DNA of 64,000 bases from Cycas panzhihuaensis (Eukaryota > Plantae > Cycadophyta): contig CM041465.1 of the NCBI GenBank assembly GCA_023213395.1, positions 249,619,741 through 249,683,740 of the forward strand. The letters run 5' to 3'. The number at the start of each line of letters is the position of its first letter. The stretch's first letter is position 1. The notes below the pieces were generated by a model that saw only the letters and a list, made by a program, of their open reading frames with translations, did not search any database and had not been told where the DNA came from. The position numbers and the translations under genes are program-made. Below are positions 12,762-26,700 of the stretch, one piece after another.

Positions 12762-14849
12762 TATTGGAATATGTGATACTATCACATATTTAATGTTTAA
12801 TGTATTGTTATGGTCTTACATAAGATTCCACTCACCAAATACATTAAAAGATGTAAAATGCACAATTATTGATGTACACATCCTATTGGATGATAGAAAA
12901 GTTAAAAAAATATTATAAGCTATTCATGAGATGACTATTCATATAAATATATATACACATCACTTGAAAATTTGAGAGAGAAATGACTCATTAGAGATGT
13001 ATTCATTTGATATCTAAAGAGGAGCTCCCAACTCTTTCATCCATGGTTTTTTTTCACATTGTTTTTTCCATGTATAAATTTATTGTCTATCTTGTAGTAC
13101 ATGTTTAATCTATTTGATACTTTATATTTCATATTATCGCTTGATACGTTTATCTTTATATATATATGATTTGTGTACATTCCTCATGATATGATTAATT
13201 GATTATACATGTTTGGTATACTTCCAATTCATATAATGACTATATCATAATATGGTATTAGAGTTAAATTTTAAATTCTAATATAGTATTAAAGCCATAT
13301 TATGAAAGATCTTATATAAGCACGTTGCAAGCTTATATGAGCAAGATTGATGAGCCAGTTAAGCCAACAATTAAGCTAGTGACATAGCTAATATATGAGC
13401 TAGTACAAAAGGCAATATAAGGTGTGATTTAATGAGCCATAAATTTAGTTATATTAATTATGCTAGTGATATGTGATCGAGATTTTGGGGCTAGATGAAG
13501 TTGATGAAGATGAATATGAGTTGCATACAGGAGATAAAACTATATCAAGATGGAAGCAGTATTATTGATGGTATATTAATTTATTAATTTAAATGGGTAT
13601 ATATTTATGCATGGAGCTAGAATACTCTCGATGACATGCATATTTAAAATAAGTCCACCAAATTTGATGTGTTAAAGGAGATATTATTGTGAATTGAGTT
13701 TACTTATGTAGACTGGTCACCTGCAGATGTGGCTAAGATTTTGTGAAACTAATTATCTCACTTAATCTTGCAATTAATAGTAATCCAAATATATTCAGGT
13801 ATGATGATAGCCAGTACTCTTATCAACAATCTAAAATAAATAGCATGATATGCAACAAACCTATAAAGGTATGGAGACATTAGGTATGATATGCAACAAA
13901 CCTATAAAGGTATGAAGGTATTATAATGATGTGATAAAATTTAACTGGAAAAGAGTGACATGATAACAAGTATTTAATATATGGCATACGGTAAATTAAT
14001 GAGGTATATTAAATATGATTTACCAAGAACTAATAGCATGTTAAGACTTAATTGATAAGGTATATAGCACATGATAAAATATATAGGCATGATTAATAAT
14101 GATAGTAAGGGTTTGAAGCAACTATAAGAAGATAGCATGAATCAATTGTTTGAAAGGTGCCAAGATTTGATTTGATATATGGGCTCAATGTTTAACTAGA
14201 ACTATGCTATTTAGGTTGCCACATTTATTGTGCATGATAGGGTTTGAAAGGCATGATTACTATAAGATTATTTGTGGTAAAATTTGTATATATTGTAGTT
14301 TGTATAAGTGTGTTACCAAACTCTTATAGCATTCAAGTTTGGAGTGAATTGTTAGATTTCAACATGGAAGGCAGTCGACTCTAATCATAATTAATAAGAT
14401 AAATAGACAAAGTATAACTTGTATTAACTCAACATAAGCAAATTACATCAGACACTAATGTACCATAGACTCAACATGAGTCTCAATGATGACTTAATAA
14501 TCGCATACTACCTCAACCACCTTTATATACAACATAGGTGAGAGAACATTCAAGAGATGAGACACATGTGGGACAATTATCTTTAACTTAATCAATGATA
14601 CTTTACCAACTAGTTAACTAATGACCTTCTAACTTTCCACACAATATTATTATAAAATATGACCCCTATACTTTTATACTTAGGACTATGACTACTGACT
14701 CTAAGACACACCTTACTTAGACACATATACATTAAACATTATATTCTAACACCTCCCCTTCATGTTTAATATTGAGATTACAAGAAAACTAAGGACAACA
14801 TGACAGCTAGTGTTAAGAACTGGCATAAACTAGATATAAGACTTGACTT

Positions 14850-16240
14850 GAAGAGTTGTTTAAATTTCTAATGACTAAGTCTTAGAACTTTTCTGAAGAT
14901 GATATCATAAGCTTTGTCTTCAACTGAAATGCTATAAAATATGTATGTTGTGTATGTTATATTACCTCCTATTTTCTATTTGATGATTCTTCCTATGTAT
15001 TTTAGGTGTAGGTGTGGTCTTCCTAGATCAAATATGATTACATGTGATTTCAACTCCATGAAGAGAGTTGACTCCTTCTTGTTTGTCTCCAAGTTTGTTA
15101 GGATAATTAACTTTTTGAGCCAATGATTAATTCTTTGAAAGAAAAGGAGCAACAATGATCCATTTTCTAACTTTACCTATTCAGATATATGTTTAGAACT
15201 AACAAGATGCTCTGTTCTCTCGATATTTTCTAAAAAAATCTTTGTACCAAATATGATGCAGATTTTCATAATGGCTACATATATATATTTCTCAATTATG
15301 GCTACATAAGGGTGAAACATCACTTTAACATAATTGAATCTCATGGTTAAATAGCCTACCCAAAACATACAATGACCTTAATGAACAAGGTTTTAATCGA
15401 ATGAAATTCTAATTATGTTCTTTCTCCTTTTGAATGATTCTTCTAAGGTCATTGTAGGGTATGCCAACATTATTTAGATTCTTCGGAAAATAAGAACCGA
15501 AAATGTTACTGAATTGAATGTGATCATAGAGAGTTTCATATATGTAAAAATAATTGTATGTTCTAACATCATTTGAACCCTGCCAGCACATCTATCACCA
15601 CACATCAAGATAATATTGCCTAAATTTTCTAGCAAGATACTTGTCTCCATGGTGTACCACTTGTAAAAGTTGATCACTTTCATATCTTTCAACTTCCATT
15701 CCAAATCCAGAGTTTCTAGTTAACTTGATGAGGCTCAAAGTATTTGGTAAAATCATGTTTTTGGATTCTAAATAATGTTCATCTATCTTATTTTCAAAAA
15801 TTGGTTCATGCAATTCTTCATCTTCTTTATGAGTGACAGATGAATCTATATAAGAATTGGTCTTACCAGAATCAACTTATTTTTTCTTTTTTGCTTTCCT
15901 CTTTAGCTTCTTTTTCTATTTTTTAATCTTCCTAATAGCCTTTTGCACCTTTCCAGGACCCTTTTTATACACTTCCCTCAATAAGTTCCATGTCTCTTTA
16001 GCTAAGTCAATATTTTGAAATGTATGGATAAGAAAATGTTATGAAAGAGGGAGGTTATCTTTGTCGAAAGTTGCAAGCATTACATTAGTAGCTACTCTGT
16101 TCTTTCTTCTAAAATTTTCCTCCCCTTCTTCATTAATCTCTAGAGTGCCATCACAAGCAGTTCTCCAGAACCCTTTAATCTTAAAGATGTATTCCATTTT
16201 AATTTTCTAAATTTAAAAATTAACTCCAACATTTTAGGCA
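14850..16240 (-). pseudogene. Copia gag N-terminus, possible protease remnant and RNase H C-terminus; INT and RT apparently deleted
   Basis: Minus strand GVNF*I*KIKMEYIFKIKGFWRT at ~16228-16160 (gag). ISVEDKAYDIIFRKVL at ~14930-14882 resembles the Copia EDQ.ADIFTK.L terminus. Confidence 0.7.
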
Positions 16241-17173
16241 AAACTATATTGGTATCTGTTACCCAAAACTCTTTTTTCTTTGCTACAAAGGTAATGAGAT
16301 CACTTAACTCTATACTTGTATGATTAAGTTTGTATAAGAGAATATTACCCCAAAATTATATCTTGATAGCCATCTCTAGCCTAAAATTTGCCCTTCAATT
16401 TTTTGTATAACCCTATATAATCATTACTTCATCATCAATAATATCCACTATCTTGAAATATATGTTCAACAAGAAATATGTGATACCAAGGGAAAGAAGT
16501 CAAAAGGGCTAAAATGATATATCTAATAGCACCTTAATATATCAATGTTAATTAATAAATATATAAGCTCCAAAACAAATTTAAAGATTCAGACCTGACT
16601 AACCTTATTCAACTTAATTTAATTCCACACATTAGTGAAATAAAATGGGATTCAAAATTAAAAACCTAATTGTGTAGGTGAGGTGGTGGCTGAGGACTTC
16701 CATTCACAGATCGATCAACATTAGTGATTCTTTGATGCAGACTTTCTTTGACTTATGGCTCTTCATACAATGGCCTCCATCCCATCTTAGGCCATGGCGT
16801 CTCTGCCTGTAAAACTTCAATCCATAAAAGTCGTTCTTCATGTATTCATGGGAATGACAACATCCCAGATTGCTTCAGAGAGATGTTACTCAGATGATGG
16901 AATCATTTTGCATCTCATTGACCAAGGCTTTTGCTTATCTCTTACAGGAATCTCCTTGGGTTAGAGGAACTAGTCATTCCAGATCGTAAGCTAGACGATC
17001 TGACTGAATTAATCTTGAGCACTGATTTCTGGTCTGTGCTATCATTGTTTATGTTGCCATGTAAATATTTCTAGCTGATTTTACTTTTCATTTCAAGTCT
17101 GATCTGTGAACTGTACCATTTAAGCCAAAAGCTCCAGTCAAGGGTTCAAATCCTTTTACAACCTTTTCAAAGA

Positions 17174-17695
17174 ATGGGAATGAGCGATTTAGAAGTGGAT
17201 CTAAGGTCCTCAATGGAGTTAGGCTTCGGAATTGGGGAATCTATGTTTGCTAACGTGAATAATTTGGATTACTATCTAAGGTACCTGAATTAAACCTTGG
17301 TCATATTTGGCTTTCCAACAGACCTGTATTTATTTTATGACAACCTTACTTTGGTGGCACGTAGCTACAACTGCATATATACATTGTTACAACAACGACA
17401 ATGTGATCTTGAGTTTCAAGAGTCATTTAATGAACAAAGGTAAAGGTTGTTGTCTGAGATGTCCTGACTTGAATCTAAGATTGAGAGATTTGAGACCCTG
17501 CTTGCTACAAAAGAGTGCGAATTAGCTACCCTCACTTGCATGGAACAAAAAGCTTCTGATGCATCTAAGGCTCAGATTGAGAAGCTACAATAAGAGCGTG
17601 ATGAATTTCAAAGGATGGTTATTGGAAACCAACAAGTCCAGACACAACAATTACATGAGATGAAGATAGAGGAAAAGTGAGTTATAACGTTAACA
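17174..17695 (+). pseudogene. MSD1: Intronless 5' part of an afadin/alpha-actinin-binding (Msd1/SSX2IP/ADIP family) gene, inside an LTR element
   Basis: One frame: MGMSDLEVDLRSSMELGFGIGESMFANVNNLDYYLRYLN*TLVIFGFP...ARSYNCIYTLLQQRQCDLEFQES...KAQIEKLQ*ERDEFQRMVIGNQQVQTQQLHEMK. It matches the plant family motif ERDEFQRMVI.NQQV.TQQ.HEMK from recall. Four internal stops are all explicable as C>T changes. Confidence 0.92.
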
Positions 17696-17726
17696 GTTAT
17701 AACGACCATTAGAAAATGCATCAATC

Positions 17727-18209
17727 TTAACTTCTATGATATAAAGGAATTTGCTTCACTCTTTTGCATATCCCTTCATCTATAACCATGGTAAATGTAT
17801 GGGTGCCATACACAACATAATTATATAGTGGCTTCCCACTAAACAGATGATTTGGTTCAGGGCCTTGGTAGATATCATAGGATGTTGAATATTTGTTCTA
17901 AGGTTCTATTCTAGAATTTTGACTGTAAAGGTCGTGACCACTACTGCCACTTTGAGGCTTATCTGCATTATCTAAAAACCCAAGCAATTTTGTATTGCCT
18001 CCAAAAGTCTTAGTCTTAGATGTATTAGTGTTTATCAATGCACCATTGTCATTACGCTTGACATTAGACTGACTTGTGCTTTCCTTCCTTTTGGCTAATG
18101 CTTCTACTTTGGCTTCTTAACTAATGATCCTTCCCCTATAATGGCTTTCTTTTATGCTACCATATCATCTTCCACATAAATACCTTTTATATGCAGATGA
18201 ATCTTCCAT
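17727..18209 (-). pseudogene. Unidentified decayed ORF (~160 codons, 3 internal stops) upstream of gag
   Basis: MEDSSAYKRYLCGR*YG...SYDIYQGPEPNHLFSGKPLYNYVVYGTHTFTMVIDEGICKRVKQIPLYHRS*. The stops TGA/TAA/TAG fit CGA/CAA/CAG decay. Confidence 0.5.
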
Positions 18210-21200
18210 AAGGAGTATGGGCAATCATTCATCCATATAGCCCAGCCCAGCTAATGGAACCAAAGCCTCTCTCACCCCAATACTTTCTTGTAACAGGTCT
18301 AGTATTAGGGTTTTACCAAACTCTAAACTAATGCAAGCAACTAACAAACATAGGTAAGCAGATTTCTACAGGCATGCTATAGTAGGTAAAACATAGATCC
18401 AATGAACAACCTCCAAATATTAATCCCTTAGAAAACTTCAAATGCCATTGTTTCTTCATACATATTGGCCTTGACTTCAAGCTAAACTATAACACAATAA
18501 AGAAGTAATGTGGCACACTTCGTAACAAGGCCTTGAAACTTCTCTTTCAATTCGATCTCCTAATTTGGTAACTGACTTGACAAAGTCACCTTCGCTTGAA
18601 CACTAACTTTCACTAGACTTCTCCTCTTCTTAATCTTCTTCTTACAATAGGATGGCCTGCTTTGATACCATGTTAGATTTTAACATGGAAGGCATTCAAC
18701 TCTAATCATAATCAACAAGATCAATAGACAAAGTATAACTTGTATTAACTCAACATAATCAAATTACATCAGACACTAATAAACCATAGACTCAACATGA
18801 GTCTCAATGATGACTTGATAATCACATACTACCTCAACCACATTTGTATATAACATAGGTAGGAGAACATACAAGAGATGGGACACATGTGGGACAATTA
18901 CCTTTAATTTAACAAATGACACTTTACTAACTAATTAACTAATGACCTTCTAACTTTCCACATAATATTATTATAAGGTATGACCCCTAGACCTTAATAC
19001 TTAAGACTATGACTACTGACTCTAAGACACACTTTACTTAGACACATATATATTAAACATTATATTATAACATGAATGATTTAACTTATAAGCATGAAAC
19101 AAAAAAATAGGTACAATTGAGTCCTTAAATGAATATGGTACATATATTGTATTATATCGAGTAGCATAGAGAGTTCCCATACTAAACCAAATAAAAGTTT
19201 GCTCGAAGATCATGTGTGACATATGATATATTGTGTGACACACCACTGTGAAGTGAACTCTATATTCCCATGTGATCATGGTATTTCACCTGTACTAAAG
19301 ATTTGACGATTATGAATAATCTCCCATGTGATATGACCATTGGCCATGCCATTGTAAACTACTAATCAGAGAACAAACACTAGGTTACCATGCCTAAAGA
19401 ATAGGCCCATATTTATTAAACCAAAACTTGTGCCTATCTATACTTACACTTTAGCCCTATGTAAAAGACACGTTTCCAATCGAGCAGGAGGGGTAAGCCC
19501 ATGGAGCATATACCCATATAAAGTTACATACCTATGGAATCACCATCACCATCACCATCACCTAGTCTAACATAATTATAAAAACCCTATATGATTTAAC
19601 ATTGCCCAAGAAATTAGAGATGTACCCTCACTCTTCAACAAACTAACATAGTTGTAGAAGTCATCCAATGTGCAGAAATGCAATTGCAGAAGTCCTCCTA
19701 TGTGCGCTATCATGACACTCATTCAAAGTTGTGTGAATTGTCAACACACAATTTATAAGTCTACCATATCATTGCCTCACACAGAAAATCAATTGCAGAT
19801 GAAATTTATATAGGAAAAAATATGTAGATGAATTTTGATTGGATAATTAAAAAAATTACAGTTGATTTACTAAATTTAACTATTTTTGATAAAATTTGGA
19901 ATTTGTCATAAGGATAGATGCCAAAAATTTATTAATCAGTTTTTTTTTTTTTTTTTTGCAATTATAAAAATGAAATAAATTGGATTTGATAATTTTTGAA
20001 ATCTATTTCTCTATCGACCTTCAATGGATGGCTACATGGAGAAAGTACATGATCAATCACTAGATAAAAAGGGGCTTAAGGCATTCTCTTGAGAGCCACT
20101 CACTTTTTCATGATATATTAATGGTTTGTTGAGTATAATTTTTTATTGGGATGTCATATTCAAGTTTCGTTAATTATTTTGGAAAGAGAATTTTGAAATG
20201 GTAGAAATGAATGGTTGTAAGGCATATCATAAATTAGATGATAGAGATATTAATGGATAAAGTTAATCAAAGTGCTTTTAACTTAATAAAGTTTCATTTT
20301 ATGATATTTTATATATATGTTTTCACATATTCTAATATTTTTAAAGGCTCCCAAGATGATAATGATATTATTGATGAAAGATGATGAATAAAAAATGAAA
20401 TTTTATTTAAAGTAAAGATATTTAGGGCTCATTCATGATATTTAAAGGTTCAAAATTGATGAAAATACATGATATGGGAACATATTTGATATGATATTGG
20501 CGTGGAAATATTTTGATATATATTGGACATAAAAATCCTTGTTGGGATTTACATTTTTGATTTAGTAGAATTGCATTCATTAATCAAATGAAACATTTAC
20601 CTATTTATTTAACACTCGTTTGATGATGATGACACCACCTGATATATTAATAAATAACCTATATTAATTTTTTATTAGAGAAATAAGTAGATGTGATGAT
20701 TGAATGAATTTCTACATATTTATGAGACATGGAAAAGAAGTAAAAGTCTTATATATTAATCGCTTAGCACACTAATTTAGTTGTTGAGTTTATCTAACTA
20801 ACAGATGATAAGTGCTCATCAGTGAGAAATCTAATTTGCTATGTATGACAAGAGACATGGAAATATACTACTTATGTTACCTTATTATAGCTAACTTATC
20901 TTAACAAGGTAATACACTCTATTTCTAGAGTTAGTATATTTAGATGATTATTTTATGAATGATGATTTTTGTTAATAACTACGAAAAGAAACATATAAGC
21001 ATGTAAAAGTACCAATAAAGGCAACACATAAGATATTTTCTCATATGTAAGAGGCAAGATGAATGAGGTTGTTCTTGTACAACACACATATTATGTTATT
21101 AATATCCTATGCAAGAGACAGAAAAATTTATGCTACTCTTGTTTCTTGATGAATTGCATATACAAAATGACTTCCTATAGAACTAGTATTTACAATGGCT

Positions 21201-22649
21201 AGTTACCTAAGTATTTCAGTAGATGGTTGTTGTTTTATATGGATATTAGTAATTGTTTTGATTTATAAGTTTAACTAGTTGATAGAGTTGATGATTAATT
21301 GCATCTTTACATATGAAGATATTTCAAAAAACACTTTATATAAAGTCATGTATATTAGTTGATGTTTTGTTGATTGATGATTGGTTTACAATTTTACAAG
21401 TTGGTTATTTATAGTTGGTCACCGATGATTATAGATGATTACATGCAGGTTTTATAGGTTAATGATTATAGAAAACAAACATGATAATTAATAGATTATT
21501 ACAGGTTATATGTGATACTAATTAATCTAGTTTGATACAAATTTTGAAATAGGTATATATATTCTAACAGATATGAAGACATGAAGACCAAGATTAAAGA
21601 CTTGAAGATTACAATTTGAAGACATTAAATATTAAGGGGGGGTATTGAAATATATGATACTTTCACATATTTAATGTTTAATGTATTATTATGAACCCAT
21701 ATAAAATTTCACTTACTAAATACATTGAGAAATGTAAAATGCACAATTATTTATGTTTATATTTTATTCAATGATGAAAAGGCTCAAAAGATATTACAGG
21801 CTATTCATGAGGTGATTATTCATATAAATATATATACACACCACTTGAGAACTTAAGAGAGAAAGGACTCATTAGAGATGTATGCATTTGATATCTAAAT
21901 AGAAGCTCCCAAATCCAACCTTCTTATGTGGTTTTTTTCACACTAGGTTTTCTACGTATAAATATGTTATCTATCTTATGGTGCATATTTTATTTATTTA
22001 ATGCTTTATATTTTATGTTATTACTTGATATATTTATCTTCACATACATGATTTGTATATATTTCTCATGATGTAATTCATTGATTACATATGTTTGATA
22101 TACTTCTACTACATATAGTGACCATATCATAATATGATATTAGAGTTAAAGTCTAAATTCTAATATAACCCATGATGATAGATGAAGTCTAAGAGGTAGT
22201 GGACATGCATGTACATGCAATAAATTGATAAAAAAAGCTAAAGTAATAGCTACAATAAATGTTAGGAGAATGTTTAGATGTATGTAAGGATCTTCAAACC
22301 CTATTGACAAGTCAGATAAGTGGTAAAAAAAAGGTTTGCATGATGGTTAAAATTTAATTTGTGAATACTAATTCATGCTTGGTGTATATATACACTAAAT
22401 CACATACAATAGCAAAGATTTCAAGGTAGAGGAGTAAGGAAGAAATTAATTGGCATTTAAATTTTTGAGCTTTTAATATTTTGCCAAATTTTATTCTATG
22501 AAAATCCTATGTCAATTTTATATTAGAAATTTTTTACCTGTAAAAAATCTACAATGAAAATAACTCCAAAGAATTTGTGTAGTAACATCTATTTCTAATT
22601 AATTCTAATGGGAAAAATAATGAGATCAATTTTTAATGTTGGTATTTAC

Positions 22650-23210
22650 ATTTAATGTGCAAGAAATGAGAAGTAGAGGTTGTAAACCAAATGAAAATGC
22701 ATATGTTACATCATTACATACTTATACAAGTGTTGATCATACAAAGCATTTAAAGGCTTTTACAAAAGATATATATTTAAGAGTCATTTATCGCAGTTGG
22801 ATATTACTCAAAACCCTTGTGCTCATCAATTACTCATCAATAACAAGTGTAATCTACTAAATGAAATAAGATATGCTTGTTCAGAGTTGAAAAGAATAGG
22901 ATTTTACCTAGACATAATCATTTTCAATGCCATGATATGTATATATGGAAAATGTGGTATAGTTGATCAAGCCCCATGGTATATCAAGATTTATGAAGCA
23001 AAATAGGTTGATGTTGAATTTAGTTACATATAATTTTTGATGAGGTTGCATGGAAGAGAAGGAAATTGTTAGAAATTTGAAGGAGAAATGCAAAAGGTTG
23101 GAAAGAAGCCAAATATTATGTCTTACGACATTGTCATTAATACATACTGCGAGTAGGGTGTAATGTAAGAAACTTCTTGGGTACTCTATGAAATGATAAA
23201 TCCTAATGAG
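22650..23210 (+). pseudogene. P-class PPR gene fragment (At5g02860-like C-terminal repeats)
   Basis: QEMRSRGCKPNENAYVTSLHTY..., ILLKTLVL, KCNLLNE..ACSELKRIGFYLDIIIFNAMICIYGK. Frameshifted. Confidence 0.85.
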
Positions 23211-23779
23211 TAGACTTACTGGATAATGTAGGTGGTACATAGGTAAATAAAACTTTATAAAAATGTTATCAAGTTTATATAGCTCATACTCATATGGAAG
23301 GTGCTCATATTCAACTATTAATCTACTTATTGATCTATCCATTAAGTTATATATATACGTGTGTGTGTGTGATAAAAATTAGAATTAATCTAATTTCATA
23401 AAATATGATCTTAACTCTCTTATATCAAACAAATAAACTCAATAAAATATATCATGCACACATTAAGATGAACACAATATGCCAAACTAATGAGGTATCA
23501 AATTAGTTGATGCTTGAAATAAAAATTTAACATAGTTTAGACTCTTATCAAAGATTATTTCTAGTGGGTGTAGACATGGGTTTAATTTATAGAGGGCTCA
23601 ATATCTCACATGTTATAAATAGTGAATGTAGATTGGACCTCACATGCTCTCATATCAAATATATCTCATTGGTCGATGATGAGGTAAGGTGGGGTGAAGA
23701 CCCTCAAAAATTAAATTGATTTAACTTATAATTATATAAAAGTATAAGAAGGTATTATTTTATTCTAATATCCTTCCTT

Positions 23780-26700
23780 AATAATAACTTCCTTCATCCT
23801 GATACTAATGCCATGCTAAAACCTTCCAAACTTTGGTTTACTACGTGCTTTGGTGAAAGTAGCTGCTACCTGGTGTTTGATTGATCTGGATACAAGATCA
23901 ATTTCTCCATCTTACACATGTTCACTAATGAAATAATGATGGACTTTGATGTATTTTGTATATGCATGGAAATTAGGGTTCTTGGTTATCTTTAATACAC
24001 TTTGATTATCATAGTATATGAGAGTTGCTTGCATCTATTGAAGACCAAGTTCAATAAGAATTACAAGTAGCCAGACTAACTTAGTAAATACATGAACAAC
24101 TACTTTATACTTTTATTTAGTAGATGATAGAGTAACATTATGTTATTTTTTATAACTCCAAGAAATAGTCGTTGAGTTTAGCTCAAAATAATACAGTAAA
24201 GTAGAATGGCAAGAATCTTGTCAACCAACCTAGTTTACATCAGTGAATCCTTTTAAAATAGGAGTTTTAGCTTGACTTTAGTTTAGTCCAAGTTATGAGA
24301 TGCCACAAATGTACTTGAGAATTTTGATTCTGACTTTCCAATACAACATCTTAGGTTGAGATATATACCTAGAGCAAACCCCAATTGCATATGATATATT
24401 AGAGCAAGTGTGAGTAAGATAAATCAAACTCCCCACAAGCTATCTATACAAAGTGAGATTAATAAGTTTGCCTTTTTTATCCATGGTCAACTTGGTTCTG
24501 GTCTCCATAGGTATAGGCAAAGGTTTGCAGTCACTCATTATGAATCACTGCAAGAGCTCATTCATATATTTAGATTGTGATAGGAAAATGTGTCCTAGTT
24601 CTTGCCACATTTCAATGCTAAGGAAATAGTGGAGTAGCCCAATGTCAATCATTTAACTATTTTAAGTTCCTATTGGAGACTAGAGATCCCTTCATTGTTA
24701 TTTATAGTAATTGATAAATTATTAACATAAATAACCACAATGGTGATTAGATTATTGCGGATCTGAATGTATAAATTAGGATTAGAGAATGAATGGTTCA
24801 GTCTATGCTTGAGAAAAAAGCATTAATCTTTATATACTAAGAATGAGGTGACTACTTAAGTTTATATAGAGCCTTCTTGAGCTTGTAAACTAAATGTTCT
24901 TTTCTAGGAATGATATAATTAGGAGGTTGTCTCAAGTAAACTTCTTCAAAAAGGTCTCCATCGATAAAAGCATTTTTGATGTCTATTTGATAGACATGCC
25001 ATTTGAACTAAGCTGTTAGTGATATAACTAGGCAGAATACTATTGTATTGGTAACACATGCAAAGGTTTCATCATAGTTAATACCTTCTTATTATTTAAA
25101 GACTTTTGTAATAAGACGTGCTTTATGTCTTTCAATGGAGTCATCAATATGATGTTTTGTTTTATAGAGCCAATGATAATCAATTGGCTTCTTTCTAAGA
25201 GGTAATTCAACGAGCTCTCAAGTATCATTTTTCATGATGGAATACATCTCCTCATCCATAGCTACTTGCTATGTCTGATCTTTGACTATTTCCTCAAAGG
25301 TGGAAGGTTAGGGAACATTGAGAACTTATGCCCTTAAGGTAAAGTTGATTGTATATCTTAACTTTGATTACCTTTTTGGTGTTGCAGGAGGTGATGGCAC
25401 ATCTTTCATAACTTGTAAATACCACTTTGGAAGTTTCTTAATGCCTTTAGCTTCAACATGAATATTGGCCAGAGATAGAGGTGAAAATGTAGAGGTTATT
25501 ATAGAAGTAGATGGAGATGTAAGAGGAGCAAATGAGGAACTTGGAATATATGAGGCTAAAGGAGTAGAAGGGTCTACAATTGGTGTAGGAGGAGCTTCTA
25601 AAACATGAATCTCATCATCTACTAGAAACTATAGTTGAGATTGATCCAAGATCTGATTATCTTTAACAAATATGACATCTCGAGATGAGAATGCCTACTT
25701 TTCAATAGGGTCATATACATTGTAAGCTTTGCACCTGGGTACGTAGCCTATGAAAATACACTTTAATCTTTTATCATTAAGTTTCTTTATATTTTTCTTT
25801 GCAACAAACTTATAGGCAATACATCTGAAGGTTTGAAGGTGTAAAACTATAGGCTTTTGTCTTGACCATATCTTATTAGTTGTTTTGTTTCTAATGGCTG
25901 AAGTCAAGCTTCTATTTTCTAGTTAAGCAATAATATGAATGGATTCAACCCATAATGAATCAATAAGATTTATAACTTTGACCATTGATTTAGCCTTATT
26001 CACCAATGTTTAGTTCATGCATTTAATAATTCTATTTTACTGGGGAGTATGAGGGGTTGAGTAAAAGAGGATGGAGGTCTGCCTAGTTTGTAGCCCAGGT
26101 TTGAGACTCAAAGCATCCTCAAAACATTCACACTTCATAAAAAACTAAGCATAAGAATTAATCTCAAATGCTCCAAAGTATATTTGCTTCATTAACATTC
26201 ATCTCATTAAATCAAAGTATATTACATAATAAAAGGATATATGAAAAGCCTTGTAAATCAAATAAAAGAGGCTGTTATAAAATGTAAAGAGAATATGAAT
26301 CATAGGATTATGCAAGGTGACAATTGGTACCTTGCATTATTAAATTAACTTACGACATTACAAATAAGAATAAAAAACAACTCCACACATCTAGGTTCAT
26401 AACATTAAGTTGTGACTAAACCCATTTACATAAATGAATCCTTCATAATAAAGTATTTACAAACATTACATCAATAATACAAAACATCTATTGATGAATT
26501 AATGAAATTATTATTAATTCTTCTATCATTAAGAACTTGTGTTTGATACCATGGTTTTTATAGAAATTGGTTAACTGATTCAAAGTATACTCACCTCTGT
26601 TATTTAAATATAAAATCTTGATTATCACATAGGATTCATTTTCTACTTCAACTTTAAAATCTTTGAATTTGTCAAAGGCCTCAAACTTGTTCTTTAGAAA

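Larger units (their letters stand above)
14350..19072 (-). mobile_element. Non-autonomous Copia-derived LTR element with gene cargo (LTRs 14350-14751 and 18671-19072)
   Basis: 402-bp TGTTA...TAACA direct repeats. Perfect TSD TGAAT (14345-49 / 19073-77). Reverse PBS gctttgatacca at 18659-70. Reverse PPT cctcccctt at 14752-60. Confidence 0.95.
12762..22165 (+). mobile_element. Decayed Ty1/Copia element A (LTRs 12762-13283 and 21643-22165)
   Basis: ~522-bp direct repeats with TA..TA termini (decayed TG..CA). PBS tagtattaaagcc at 13284-13296. G-rich PPT at ~21634-21642. TSD CAACC (12757-61) / TAACC (22166-70). Internal coding is strongly eroded, so the Copia call is less firm than the LTR structure. 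Confidence 0.85.

Noticed and set aside
13846-13914. Perfect 29-bp direct repeat atgatatgcaacaaacctataaaggtatg
   Set aside because: Ordinary local tandem duplication inside decayed Copia A.
22908-23342. 144-aa minus-strand ORF (also 42209-42457)
   Set aside because: Antisense shadows of the plus-strand PPR pseudogene fragments.
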